From: Lytechinus pictus
Taxonomy: Eukaryota
Assembly: GCF_037042905.1 (NCBI RefSeq)
Contig: NC_087245.1
Location: 38,440,001 to 38,504,000, forward strand
Direction of reading: 5' to 3'
Length of the DNA stretch: 64,000 nt
Below are positions 50,121 through 64,000 of the stretch, one piece after another; position 1 is the stretch's first letter; each line of letters begins with the position of its first letter. The translations under genes were made by a program, and so were the position numbers. Under the pieces are notes generated by a model. That model searched no databases, was not told the origin of the DNA, and saw only the letters and a program-made list of their open reading frames with translations.

Positions 50121-50738
50121 TATGTTATATCTACCGAAGATCGATAACAGGACACAGGGTTATATGATTATGTCATGTTAACTGAATAATTATATAACAG
50201 GACGCCGGGATACATGCCATATCTACCAAAGATCTATAACAGGACAATGGGTTATATATTCACATCTACCGAAGATTAATAACACATCGGGTTACAAATG
50301 TTATATCTACCGAAGATCTATAACAGGACATCATGTTAAATATTCGTATCTACCGAAGATCAATAATACACATCGGGATACAAATGTGATATCTACCGAA
50401 GATCTTTAACAGGACATCGGGTAATATATTCACATCTACCGGAGATCAATAATACACATCGGGATACAAATGTGATATCTACCGAAGATCTATAACAGGA
50501 CAATGGGTTATATATTCATATCTACCGAAGATCAATAACAGGGCATCCGGTTATATATGTCATATCTACCAAAGATCAATAACAGGATATCGGGTTATAT
50601 ATGTCATATCTACCAAAGATCAATAATACACATCGGGTAACTAATGTCATATCTACCGAAGATCTATATAACAGGACATTGGGTTATATATTCATATCTA
50701 CCGAAGATTAATAACAATGGGTTATTATGTCATATCAA
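50121..50738. repeat. About 43-bp minisatellite, about 14 units
   Basis: atctaccgaagatc recurs at 50221, 50264, 50305, 50348, 50391, 50434, 50477, 50520, 50564 etc. Confidence 0.92.
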
Positions 50739-52859
50739 CCGCGACTGGGGCTGTTCATAATAGTTAACTTGCACTGGCCGCGGAAACGGAGTGGGGGTCG
50801 GGACCTTCACAGTTTTTCAGTATAGGTGTGAAAAACGTGGAAATGGCCATCAAATTGTAGTTTTATATATGTTCAGCCCTCCTTACTCCTTACTAAGAAT
50901 CATTTGGCAGCCCCTGGCTTGTCCGCCAAAATAATTCCACTTATTAAGATTAAGGGGGGGGGGTCGAATAAAAAACTCGAGTCAGAAGACGGCACACAGA
51001 AATGAGTCGCATGAAACATGTTTAGCAGCACTAATGGTCATAGGAGGACATTTGGGCGTGTTTTGGTACCTTAAGCACATTGGTGTATTTATGCCAATTA
51101 CACGTGTCACGTCAAATAAGAAGTGTGTCCCGTGAAACACGAAGACAAATAATACATGTAATGCTATTCGCTTGCATGTGTCATAATTTTTACTAACAAA
51201 ATCGTGATTACTTATGAAGATAAACGGTCGTAATATTATTCTCATTGTGGGCAGTGCAAGGCCACTTAACAACGAAGTACTTGCCTAATTCATAAATTTC
51301 AAATGGATTTAAAGTTTCCATAGGTATCAAACATTGCAAATTGATGATCGACGAAGACAGAAAGCGGTGTATATCCGAATGTTTATATTTGAGTTTCACC
51401 ATTATTATTTTCATTTTATTTTGGCATTAAATTGAAATCAGATTGCAATATGTATAGCATGGAAAAAATAACAGTTAAAAAATAATTGATAACAATCATT
51501 ACATTCATAAGATTATATAAAAAATGAACATGGAGAGTACCGCGTTAATATGATTTAAACGTTTTGACGAAATGAAAAGGCAGGCAACCTATTAAAGGAT
51601 AAATTCGAATTCCCCCGCCCATTTTGAGCCCAAATTATCTTAATCGGTAACCTATCAGGTTCGATTAGGGTTGCCGTAAATTGTGTGTGTGCTCAATGAC
51701 ATCAATGCAGGCTACATGAAAATCAGTAGATGATGACGCGCGCGAGAGAGAGGGGGCCAAGGAGATAGAGAGAGAGAGAGGAAGAGAAAGAAAAAGAAAC
51801 AGCAAGAGAGAGTGAGGGAAGAACGTGTGACATAGACAAAATTTGCACGTAAGTAAGTAAAAGAGACGGTCGTAGTATACAAAGAAATGGTAAATAGACG
51901 GAAAGGGAGCGGAAGAGGGAACGAATTGAAAGGCAAGGAGAGAGAGAGAAGGGAGGAACAAATGGATGAAGCGATTAAAAGAAAGGGAGATCGAGAGAGG
52001 GGGGTAGAGTGAAAGGGGGAGCCTTTGTTTCCATGGCATGTAAAAAAAAGGAGTTCAACAAAATCAGTTCAACAAGTACAAAGAATCAATACTAATATAA
52101 AAAATGTCGTTGTCAAAAAATCTAAGATAATCATCACATAAGGATTATTTATCCTTTAAGGTGAAGCTGTTTCACCATTCTAGGAATATAAAATAAGGGC
52201 AGTTTTAGTAATGAAAATAAATAAAGACATAGACACAAAAAGGGTTTAATTGTACCCTTATCTTCTCTCAACTGCTCAAAGCCTAGAATTATACGAAATG
52301 CCCTCACAGCGTAAAACTGACAAGCAGTCCAATTCGGAGTGAGAATGACACATTTTATTGGCCTTTTTCTATCGAATCATATCTGCCCCACTGTCGTTTT
52401 CAATCGCCATCACAATGAGCGTCACGCACCATGCAAGGCGAACTCATGATAAATTTCACCTTGCAAGAACTAGTTCAAACATCATCTCGAGTTCCATATT
52501 TGCACATTTCTGTTGGCTGCTGCCAATGAAGCAAAGACAATACCGTGGCCATAGTGATGCGCCGTAATGTGATTAGATTCTAGGTGACACAGTTTATAAC
52601 TTCGGGAAAATCACTACCATTTTGTCTTTTATCAGGTTTAATTTTCTTTTCGTAACGAAATGATATTACCTCAGTTATTTAGATAGTGTTACAAGGTTAA
52701 CGTAATAACGTTTGTAAGAGGTGTTAATCGCAGGAAACTTCTTTGCAAGTTATTAGTTAATTTGTGATTCATGTATGATTAACTGTCAATGCTAACTATT
52801 TTATACTTCTTGCAAAGAACAGATCAGCCATCAATTTCGAAATTCGAAATCAAGTGTAG

Positions 52860-53017
52860 GGGCCCGTTTCATAAAGGACTTGCAACTGTTGTAACTTTGC
52901 CATAATGGCAACTACCATGGTAACAGGGCTCAGCAGCCAATCAGAATTAAGGTGACCATAGTAGTTGTCATAATGGCAAAGTTACAACAGTTGCAAATCC
53001 TTTAAGAAACGGGCCCC
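52860..53017. mobile_element. Palindromic MITE (gggcccgtt..cataaa type)
   Basis: gggcccgtttcataaaggacttgcaactgttgtaactttgcc / ggcaaagttacaacagttgcaaatcctttaagaaacgggccc. Confidence 0.8.
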
Positions 53018-56000
53018 TGGATTTTAATTCCAGGTATCTGGCAACACTGCCTTCGATAACAAACATGATGACGGATAGAGATCCAAATCAAAAGGAAAGG
53101 TAAGAAGATTAGATGATAACCGCTCATAGCTAATATATTATTATAATGATCTTGGTCAGTGATCGCAACCGATCGCAACCCCCTCCCCTCACTCCATCGA
53201 CAACGCTTCAAAACCATGTGTCATACATGCCTAAGGCAGATTTTCCACCCTAAAATAAAAGACATTCCTGCTTCCATAAGTAGGCCATCGATAAACCAAA
53301 GAAGCAAATGACAGAATACTACTCCATTTCCTTCCAAATTCCTCCAAAGATCTGGGGCATCGCAGTGATCATTTTTGTCGTTCCTACATTAGGCTCCGAC
53401 AGGATTGCCCTACTTTTTAATACTGCCCTAAATCGGCCAATAGCTTTACCTGTCTAGTGCCCCTGTGTGCTGTCGTATATAGGTGGAAACTTGTTTTCAA
53501 GGGGGAAGGACGCAATTGAGGAGCAGTCACACCGCTGACACTGACTCCAAACCGACCGATGGTATGTCATTGGAAATAGCGTTCTAGCTTTGGTCAGTGT
53601 GGAGTCGATTTCACCAAGTGGGACTGTAGCATGAAGCCAAAGCATAATTAAGATAAAATAACATTATGCTTTTTTTTTTACATAGTCTTGACAAAGTCTG
53701 TTCTTTCTTACTAAGTTCAAATTTAAACTTTCTTCTGTTTTGTTATGAATTATCATGATCGCCATGCTCTGTGATATATTTGACGTTGTAATGTTGTGTT
53801 ACCTTGTTTGATTAATGCGACCGAAAAATCAATCAATATAAATTACAAATTCTTCATATTTTTTCCGTAGATGACGAGTAGAATGTGAAATACATCAAGA
53901 GTTAATGATGAAGAAAACTCATTTGAAAAGTCATGATTGAGTTTCGAATTTTTGATCTCTTATTTTCAGATCGCATTCATGATATGATTTTTAGACGAAA
54001 CATGGGTACAAGAGGTCGAAGATCTCTAAATAAAACTTTCACACGGGGTTAAACACAAACCAAATCGATTGCAAGGGATTCGTGATACGGGGTCACTATA
54101 GTTAGCCCATGCATCAATTTCAGAACAGCATCCAACATTGGCCAAGTAAATATCTCTTTTACCAGATTGTTAGAAAAAACAATCCGTGATCAAAATAATG
54201 TACGGAATACTATTGATGCTTTCTTGCTTTCAACCCATTGTATTAGGCACAGCGAGATGACGTATACATCAAGGTATCTACAGATATACTGGAGTATTTT
54301 TTTTTGGAATCTCACTTTTAGATCTACTTATTAATCTTCATTCTTCAAAGTGCTTGGGATTCATTTCAGTTAAACATTTCTTATATTTTCTATTCCCACT
54401 AGCGGCCCTTGCTATTGTCAATTAATATCATGAAAAGGTGATCGACTGTAACAAGCCCCTTAAGATATTAACTTTGGTATGAAGCACACGAATTGTCACG
54501 AAGTCGAAATTAATTACTAGTATTCATATTCAATTATCATTTAAAGCAACGAATAACAAATGCAGTGAAGGCAATTCATATGGACACAAATTTGTCAGCA
54601 AGCATTAACATGATTGATTTTGTCACTTCACATATAGTATAGAGTTAGAATGATGAAGGTTTAACAAACAGTTCGAAAACAACCATGCGAATGCCATTTA
54701 AAATTTGTGGTTATTCTTTTTAGTGTGAATGTCAAATAGATATTGCATACCAGTAAGCGGGTGTGCTAACGTAGAATTTTTGAGATTCCTAGAATCACAT
54801 TATCTCATACACCGTGTTCATTTTTTACAGCGCCAGAAAACTTTACCATTATAATTATGTTATAGGTGGTTGGTTTTTGTATTTTGCCCATTCTCAGACA
54901 CAGAAATCCGAGCAGAAACATGTTTTCTTTTGTTGTAACAATAGTCTGTCTTCAGTACTTATATTATCATGATATCCTGTCAATTTTATTGTCAAACGTT
55001 ACACTCTTAAAAAAGTTTACCCAATATCGGGTAAAATGGGAACATGCATGTTGGTTGGGTAAAAAGATACCAAATATTGTATAAATTTTGCGCAATGTTG
55101 CGTTGAAATAGCCCAATATGGGGTTAAAAAAACAAGCAAACATGCATGTTCGCTTTCTACCCAATATTGGGTGAAGTTTTACTCAGTGTTTTTGGAGTGT
55201 AATACATCAAATGATATACATGAAGTCTCTCTGCACTATTGAGGGCAAAGCCGAATTCGTTACACCTTTTGTGACTGTGACTAGAACTATAAATCACGAT
55301 CCTAAGCATAAATTGGAATCAAAGCTTGGGAAAGGTAAGCATGAAAGTTTTGATTTCATATACTTTAATTGTTTCTATAACAAACATGATCTATCAAATT
55401 AAAAGAGGAATTTATATGTCTCTACATCAATTGGTAGTGCGGGTTGAGACAATCCGCATGATCTATAGGGATTCTGGTTTCAAACCAAGTTGATGCAGTA
55501 TTTGTCCATGAGTTAAAATTATCACCACTAAAATTGTTACTCATTGTTTATCATGTAAGTTACTAAAAGTAGACTTATGTATTCTGTATCGTGCAGAAAC
55601 CCTTTTTCTTTAAAATCAATAATCAACTCAATCAACTCAAATAAAGAACTTCGGTAAGAACATCAATAAGTGTTCAAAAAGTGTTCCACTTATAGCCACG
55701 TCTAAGAATTTACAGTTCACACAGTACCTTTAAGTGCACCATTGCACATAAATTGATTCCAATAATACCGTAGCTTCTCCATAGTTTACTTGATATTCCC
55801 GTATCCCCGTGCCCTTGTTCTCTGTCGAAAAAACAGTGTCCTCTTTTTTGCAACGCGCTCGATTTCACACGAAAAATTATTGCCGCTCAAAGAGCGTTTC
55901 ATTTTCCCTTTCTCAAGACATGTTCATTGTCTTGATAAGGAGCGTGTGCTTCGCTGATTAAAAGATCAAAAGTTCGTGACATTTTCAAAGGAAGCATCGT

Positions 56001-56944
56001 GTTTCTTCTCTCATCCACCTTTTAACTCCGCCGTGTTCGTTTAGTATTCAGGCTCTCATCTCCCTATCATTTCATACACAATGAGCTTTTTTTTTCTTGT
56101 GATGGTCGCCCATTTAGATGATCTTCATCACCATGAAGACTTGTAAACATATACCACTGGCAATAACTCTCGCTTGTTATTGCCAGGGAATGAAGTAAAG
56201 TAAACCAAAATAATTATCAAGGTCACCTTTTCAAAACTCTACCAAAAGAAAGTAGATTAAAAAAAAATCAGCAGGACTTGTAGAATATATTGTAATCGCC
56301 ATTCAAAGCAGTCACGGTGACCATCGTTCGAGAACAATTACTAAGTCTGCTTTACATGTTGACTTTATATAGCCATGCCAGCATTTGAAACATCTGATAC
56401 TTTTGTCTAGCATATTCATTTCTAGTGTGTCAAACGATACAATTTCTTATTTTCAACCCTTCGTATTATTGTAGACAAACTTCGTATACATTTTTGGTGA
56501 TGGTAAAGCTCAAATTCGACTTCTTTTCTTGTGACAAGTTGCGGCTGGAGCTGTCCCCAATTCATCATGCTTTACGACGCCGGTGGGTCACGTGAAGTCG
56601 ATGGATCAATATTATTGGTGTAATGCACGGTAAGAAAGGCGGGCGTTAGGTTTCTAGATTATGAAAACACGGCAGGGGTTACGTTACTCACGCCAATATT
56701 CAACAGAAACGAGCATTACTTCAGAGACGAAAAAGAATTTAAAAAAGAAAGAAAGAAAGAAAGAAAAGGGAGAAGAATAAATGGAGAAGAAGAATAAAAA
56801 GAAAAAGACATTGTTAAACTGTTTAGTTCACTGCATGCATGTATTATCATATCATTTCGAGGATAAGGATGGAAAGACTTAAGATTGCTGGCTCAGATCA
56901 ATCGTATGATTTCAACAACACAAAACGGTATGGGGCCGAGTTCA

Positions 56945-57541
56945 TTAAAGGACAAGTCCACCCCAACAAAAACTTGATTTGAATAAAAAGAGAAAAATTC
57001 AACAAGCATAACACTGAAAATTTCATCAAAATCGGATGTAAAATAAGAAAGTTATAATATTTTAAAGTTTCGCTTCATTTCACAAAACAGTTATATGCAC
57101 ATCTCGGTCGGTATGCAAATGAGGGAACTGGTGACATCACTCACTCACTATTTCTTTTGTATTTTATTATATGAAATATGAAATATTTTGATTTTCTCGT
57201 CATTGTCGTGTGAAATTAAGTTTCATTCCTCCCTGAACACGTGGAATTCCATTATTTTAACATTTTGTGCTTCAGGCAAGGAGGTCCTAATCATCAAATT
57301 CGTAAAAATTCAAACAGTAAAAAACAAAAGAAATAGTGAGTGAGTGACATCGTCGACTCTCTCATTTGGATGTAACTGGCTCGTTCATATAACTATTTTT
57401 GTTAAAAATAAGCGAAACTTTGAAATGTCATAACTTTCTTATTTTACATCCGATTTTGATGAAATTTTCAGCATTGTGCTTGTCTGACTTTTTCTCTATT
57501 GATTCAAATCAACATTTTACTGAGGTGGACTTGACCTTCAA
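56945..57541. mobile_element. TTAA-flanked long-TIR foldback element, same family as 12353-12949
   Basis: ttaaaggacaagtccacc / ggtggacttgaccttcaa and about 200-bp inverted arms. Confidence 0.85.
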
Positions 57542-58643
57542 CAAAATTACAGTTCATGATGGCTCGGATATTACTCTTCCTGAAATCTTCCCAAATGAAC
57601 TCACAAACGAACACAAAATTTGAAGAAATATAATAATCATGATTTTTAAAAACATGTTATTCGTGGGCTATATCCTATACCAGAATTTTACCCAAAGTCA
57701 TCGGCGATTTATTTGGTGATTTGAATTCAAAACTAAATCTGGTGTACGACTAGTTGAGAAATTATTAACTTGGAGCGATAATGTTTGAATATTTACATGC
57801 ATAGGTTTTCACCAAAAAACTCCCAACAACCCGTATATGCATATATAAAAATAAAATCGGATGAAAATACAAAGTGAAATGATTATTCAACACAAAACAT
57901 TTGGCACGCATGCAGTATACATTCAAATTGTTGAATTTATTATGAATCGATGATAAATTCATTAACAATAGAATGACTGGATCGTGATTGCAAGCAGTGT
58001 CCCTTTGTAAAGCAGCTTTTCAGCTGAATGGGCTACCATGTGAAAGTAAGCTAAATTGATAGATAATAAATCCTACTGGTGAAATTTCATCAGAATAATG
58101 ATGAATTAGACACTTTTACCCACCAATCCTTCATTATCGGCCAAAATTATTCATGCAGCCTTTTATCCTTGTGACTGATTTGCTGATAGCATGCATTGTC
58201 ATAGATCCGTGCCCGATTGCAAGATATATGGCGAGCCAATGGTGTCATGATGGCAATAAAGGTAAAGACTCGAGTTTTGCATTTCCAAAGATGCCAATTC
58301 CGCGTCCTTTGGTGTTATAACATCATTTCCCGTGGTCTTCAATGACAATCATGTACAAACTTAAATATGTAAATGGAATGAAAAACCTATGAAAACCATT
58401 TTTTTCTTTCTTGTATAATTATAAAGCTTGACAAACAGGGCGGGTATGTATCATCAGCGAATGTTTCACTTACTCTCATTTTTCATTGGGTTTTTATTAT
58501 CTTCACTCTATTTTTTGTTTATTAAACTTTTTGGGCGTGAATATTTGCGTTTCCTTTAAATTCTGTTATCTATTTAGTTACCTTTTTATTCATTTTCCGT
58601 GGCGCATACAGTAAAGCGTTAAAATTCGTGCCTGGTTGCAATC

Positions 58644-58955
58644 TACGCTGTTTAAAAAAAAACTGATTTTACAGAAAGAAAAAAAATCAAGATTTTGCAG
58701 AAAGCAATAACAGAATCATTCTGTAAATTCATAAAACATGAATTTTTCTTCAATTTAATAGAACAGGTCTGTTTAAAAAGGGGAAAATTGTGTTTTATTT
58801 AAGGAAATTTGCAAGGTTCCATACGCCAAATACCAATTTCCTGTAATTTTACATGATATAATGTAAGATAACGAAATCTGGTAAGATTACAGGTGTTCTC
58901 GGGACTCTGCTGCAAAAACTTCTTTTATTTTAATGATAAATTTTCTAACAGTGTA
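58644..58955. mobile_element. MITE (tacactgtta...taacagtgta family)
   Basis: Colinear with 37228-37535. Confidence 0.82.
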
Positions 58956-60557
58956 TGGTTGGCAAGTGATGTCATAATTATATTGAACTAAATTGGGTGT
59001 AAAGACGTTGATAATATCCATAGACTACAATGGACCGTGTTAGATATAATGGTATTGGGCAGAGAGAAGTAACATAATCAAATCATCTATCAACAGGCTG
59101 ATGTGAAAATCCATGGGATTTTGAAAGAAACCGAGAGGGGAAAGAGAAACAGGGAAAAAACAGAGACGGGGAGAGATGGATAAGAGGGAGGGAGGGTGGA
59201 GGGGAGGGGAGGCGGTCATAGAAAACAAGAATTTGTCGCCACAAAAATATGTTCAGTGTTGCGAGAAGAATATAAATTCGAGAGGACAATGTCAACCAAG
59301 TCACATTTAATGTCTCATTTAAAATGTCGACTGTAAAATCACTTTGAACCGAATTTATGATATCATACGAAAATGTATATTGTAGTTACGCTCCATTTAC
59401 AAAGAAAAGGCGATCGTTGTCTAAATCATTTTGAACGAAGTTGTGTTTTATTTAAAGTTGAATTAAGAAGACGATTCCAAATATTGAGATATTTACATTA
59501 ATAGCAACCTTACAACCCCCCAAACACTAATAGGTGATTCGACCCCCCATAGTCAAAATAGTGAATTTGAACGATTTATCCCTACCCATTTTCCCTGAGT
59601 TCGCTCCTGCAATGCCTACCGAGACGGGTGTTCTTTGAGTGTGACGTCACCGGGGGGTATTCGGTCCCGGTGTGGTAAACAAGGCAGTGCCGTTTTGTGT
59701 ATACTATGCACGTACTCCTTCATATGGAATAGGAGTTGAAGTTGTATCTGCGAGCCATAGAACTTGCAAAGAGGAAATGATTAAAATATTTGTGGCCGTA
59801 CTATTATTCCAAATATGTGAATTCCCTCAGAATGATACCATAGACCCTAAAGGAATAATTTCAAGGTGAATAATATGAAATTTGATCGAGATCTTCTCAC
59901 CAGTCGATAACGTAGCAGACGTGTTATTATGACATATTTATCCGCGTGTGACGCGGCTCTTGCAAAAAAACACAGTTGCAATGGTTGCGGAATTGCTTTG
60001 TGCCGACCGGCCGCCCGCTCCGGCGCAGCTAGCTGTCGAGCTACCGTACCGTTCTTGTTGTCTTCAACCATAGAGATGTATACTAATTACTATATATCTT
60101 TCTGTCTTCAACTCACTTCCGAATTGCGTTTGTATGTGTGACGGTGACCCCTAGCGTAATTAAATATAGAAAACAACTCAGAAGGCCGAGAAAGAATACT
60201 ATACGTTTGGTTCAGATTGTTCTGTGGAATGAGCTATGAGTGGAAATGATCCAGAGGATATAAAAGTGGAGTCAAAGACAAAAGAAAAGAAGAAAAAACG
60301 CCAGGGGATCGCTGCACGGCCATGAACTAAGTCGACATACCAGACCATAACAGTACACTCAATGCCTGGGTGTTGTGTGTACTAGTATTATGCGTTCAGC
60401 GCGCGCTGAGCTAGCCGCCGGAATTACTTTCCAGCTACTCACTTGATTGAACATCGTGATAAAATAAATGAGAAATAGTGAAAATATCATTCAATAACTC
60501 ACTGTTTGCTATCTTACATCATGATTGAAGAGTTCATGGTGGTTATTCGGGGACATC

Positions 60558-60666
60558 CCGATAGACCGCGGGTCCGATAGACCGCGGGTCCGTTAGACCG
60601 CGGGTCCGATAGACCGCGGGTCCGATAGTCCGCGGGTCCGATAGACCGCGGGTCCGATAGTCCGCA
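60558..60666. repeat. 16-bp GC-rich tandem repeat, about 7 units
   Basis: (ccgatagaccgcgggt)n. Confidence 0.92.
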
Positions 60667-60748
60667 GTGTGTGTAAAATTATGATCAGATATATCAAATG
60701 TCATCGAGAGGTCCAAAGGTCAAATGATACGAGGCCATGGGGTTCTAT

Positions 60749-63700
60749 CAGGTGCGGATCCATGGAGGGCCGAGGGGGAACTGCCTCACCCCCCCCCCCC
60801 CCACCCCCAGCTCAAAAAAAAAGAGGGGGGAAGAGGGGAAAAGGGAGAGAATAAAAAAAAGAAAGATGAAGATGGGAAAAGAAGAGAATAGAAAAGAGAG
60901 TAAGAAGGAGAAAGGAATTAAGAGAAGAAAAAGGGGAAAGGAAAGACAAAGAAAAAAGGGAGAAGAAAAGGGGAAAGAAGAGGGAAAAAAGAGGAGGGAA
61001 AAGGAAGAGAAGAAAAGAAAGGAGAAAGGAAAAGGAGGAAAAAGATGAAAAAAAAGAGGAACGAAGAGAAGAATATTTAAATAGAGAGGAAGATGGGAAG
61101 AAAGATAAGAAAAAAGAGAGAGAGAGGAAGAGGGGAAGAAGAGAAGAAAGAGAGAGAGGGAGGAAGGGGGGAGAGAGAAGAAAAAATATTAAAAGAGAAA
61201 AAAGGGAGAAGGAAAGAAAAAGAAAAAGGGAGAAGTAAAGGGGAAAAGAGAAAAAAAGTGGAAGAGGGAAAAGAAAAGAACGGAATAAGGAAAAGGGGGA
61301 AAAGAAGAGAAAAAAGAGCGAGAGTAAGTGGGAAGAGAGGAAAAACGAGAAAAGAGGGAAAGAAAAGACAGCAAAAAGAGAAGAAAAGGGGGAAAGAAAA
61401 GATGGGGGAAAGAGAAGAAAGGGGGGAAAAGAAGAGGGGGAAAGAAAGAGAAAGGAAGGAAGGGGAATGAGGATAAAAGAAAGAAAAAAGAAAGAAAAGG
61501 AGATGGGAAACGGAAGAGGGAGATGTTGACCTGGACGTCGATTTGATGGCGCCAAAATGACGTTCGAACTATGGGGCGCCGAATTGATGTTCGATCTAGC
61601 GGGGCACCAAATTGATGTTCGAACTAGGGGAGCGCTAATTTGAATTTTGACCATAATGCGACAAATACATGTTTCAGAGAGGGGAGGGAGGGCAAAGTTA
61701 TATTTCACATGATGGGGGCGCCAAGTTTATGTTCAACCGAGGGCGCCAAATTGACCTTGAACTTAGAGGGCTTCATGCAAATTCATTTTCGACCGGGGAC
61801 GCAACATTGCCTGTTTATAGTAAAATATATGTCCTGCCAAAAAACTTCAATTAATGCGGCTGAATTAAAATATCCCGTTTTTACGATAACAGAAATTTTT
61901 TTTTCGAGTTTTAAGTCTGTTTAGCGAGATAGATACCCTGTTCAGGGTCACAAAAAAGGGTTATTGTCAAATTCAGCTCGCGCTACGCGCTCGCAATATT
62001 TGATTAATGAGGTATGCATCCTCTGCTTCAATCCCACATGTAAGTGTTAGTGTTTTTCAAGTCAACATACATAGGTCGATCCAGGGGGCAAAGATTTTGC
62101 CCCCCCCCCCCCATGGTGGCGCAAAAAGGGGTAAGAAACAGAAAAAAGGAAGAGAAAAGGACAAGCAATTAGAATAGGAATTATACCTTAGTCCTTCTTA
62201 AGTCAGTATATAAATACAGCTCAATAGGCTGATATGTAGTTTAAAATATCAAGTTTTGATATCAATATACAAAACATAATTCAGCTCGGACGTCGATCTT
62301 TCATTATTTTGTTTTATTTACCAATTTATGTTTTAAGTGCTCTGAAAAATGTCCGTTTTATGGTTTGAATCAACATTTGCAACATTTTGTGCGCTCGCAC
62401 TATATGCCAAGTAGGCCTATGTATTGTCTTTTTATATTTCATATAAGATTCTCTAAATATACCTTTTCAGGTGTCTCGATTATAAAAAAAAAATAATAAA
62501 GGCCTATGAGCTAGCGCTGTGCGCTCGCGTTTTGATTGGTGAGTTATGTATACCTATATATTAATTTTATAACAAACTACTTAAATCCCCCCATTAAAAG
62601 AAAAATCCGGATCGCGATTTGCGCTCGCATTATTTGCTAAAAATATATCAACCAATGAATCCTATTCATGATTACAAAAATACTTAAAATATCCAGTTTT
62701 CAGGCCTCATGCACTGTCAACAAATTTCACACACTCATTAGGCTTAACAGATTAATAAATATGAAATAAAATTTGTATAAATTCATTATAACTAAATTGT
62801 CCCTTTTTCAGAAATAAAATTTAGGAAAACAAAGAGAAGATAGTCATCATTCTTATATGATGACAAAATGTCCTTAGGCCTAAAATGTCTCGATCCTAGG
62901 TCAAATAAATAATAAAATATCAGCTCGCGCTTCGCGCTCGCATTATTTATATAGTGCTATCAAATTTCCCTATATACACAGTGCTGTAAACAGTGCTTAA
63001 ATTGACCCTTTTCATATCGGAATTTCAAATATTATTTTCAGCTCGGGCTCTGCGCTCGCATTATTGATTTTTATGATGAAAAATGAAATGTATTCAGATT
63101 GCCAGGATTCTGTCTAACTCTAAAACACGCGCACGCATGTTTTTAGGATACAAAGCTTGATCTTATTCAAAACGTGCTAAAGTTATCCAGTTTCGAATCA
63201 GAATATCAAAAAAAATTTGCTCGCGCTTTGCGCTCGCATTATTATTGTAGGAAGATACCAAAAATTACCCATCCTTTTTCATGATTGACAAACATGAATC
63301 GAATGTCCCATTGGGGGATTTGAAATCTCATCTTTTTAGGTTGGAATATCAAAAATGTTCAGCTCGCGCTTCGCGCTCGCATTATTTAATCGTTGAAATA
63401 TGTATCGTCTTAATGGCTAACTGCAAAACATCCTTAACATGTCCCTTTTCGACAAGGCCAGAACGAATATTTAACATTTCTGCTCGGCTTCGCGCTCGTG
63501 GTAATTATCTAGTTATATACGCTGTTCAGGTTCACAAACATTGCCCAAAATGTTCAATTTTCAGGACAAAATAAATGAAATTTCATTTTTAGATATTATT
63601 ACACATTTATGTTGCTTATAAAGTAAAGCTAGGAAATGACTGTTAGGACATGGGTGTTTTGCCCCCCCCAAAAAAAAAAAAAGAAGAAGAAGAGAGAATC

Positions 63701-64000
63701 AAGACTAAGAAAAAATAGAGAGAAAATGAAAGGGATAAGGATGAAATATAATATTATTTTCCAAATATTATGTCAAAATCTATCACAACCTTGTATTTTT
63801 GTAATAAAAATGTCAGCATATTTGCTTGCTCGCTTCGCTCACTGGCAACTTCTTATTAATTTTATGCGATACACCATATCGAGCCCCCTCGAAATTGTTG
63901 GCTCATTATGGCACTGGGACAACCCCTTCAAAGAAACCAAAAAAAATCAACTTTGAGCGGCCGATCGGGGAAAATATGGGTGAAAAAATGGCCCCTCCCC
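60749..64000. repeat. Composite repeat region: TIR-like start, polypurine tract, dispersed gctcgcgcttcgcgctcgcatt units
   Basis: caggtgcggatcca at 60749; A/G tract about 60815-61520; motif copies near 61976, 62390, 62508, 62610, 62922, 63040, 63218, 63361, 63481, 63825. Confidence 0.65.

Noticed and set aside
50121-50738. CRISPR-like array
   Set aside because: Whole unit repeats with no unique spacers; eukaryotic context, no cas genes
60737-61708. K/E/R-rich and F/S/L-rich ORFs
   Set aside because: Artefacts of the polypurine tract, which lacks stop codons

Overview
AT-rich, repeat-dense eukaryotic (metazoan) genomic DNA; the MITE/LINE/SINE make-up looks like an invertebrate deuterostome, probably a sea urchin (inference). 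The first ~29 kb hold a tandem minus-strand cluster of four apparently intact two-coding-exon genes encoding type I membrane LRR proteins (signal peptide, LRRNT, ~10 LRRs, LRRCT, stalk, one TM helix, short tail with no TIR), plus the 3' remnant of a fifth copy beside an assembly gap. Three copies share nearly identical ectodomains but are recombinant mosaics. All four tails, although partly unalignable, keep a T-P-x-[K/R] site followed 17-31 residues later by a near-terminal [K/R]-x-L-x(1-2)-[F/Y] motif, resembling a CDK site plus cyclin/PP1 docking motif. At 33.8-36.1 kb (minus) are three exons of a membrane-anchored FKBP-type PPIase whose first exon I could not locate. The rest is non-coding: two 5'-truncated LINEs with RT frames, LINE 3' fragments, tRNA-headed SINEs, a Penelope-like hammerhead remnant, many MITEs (several with exact 8-bp TSDs and empty paralogous sites), mini/microsatellites, and weak candidate plus-strand exons at 46.8 and 53.0 kb.
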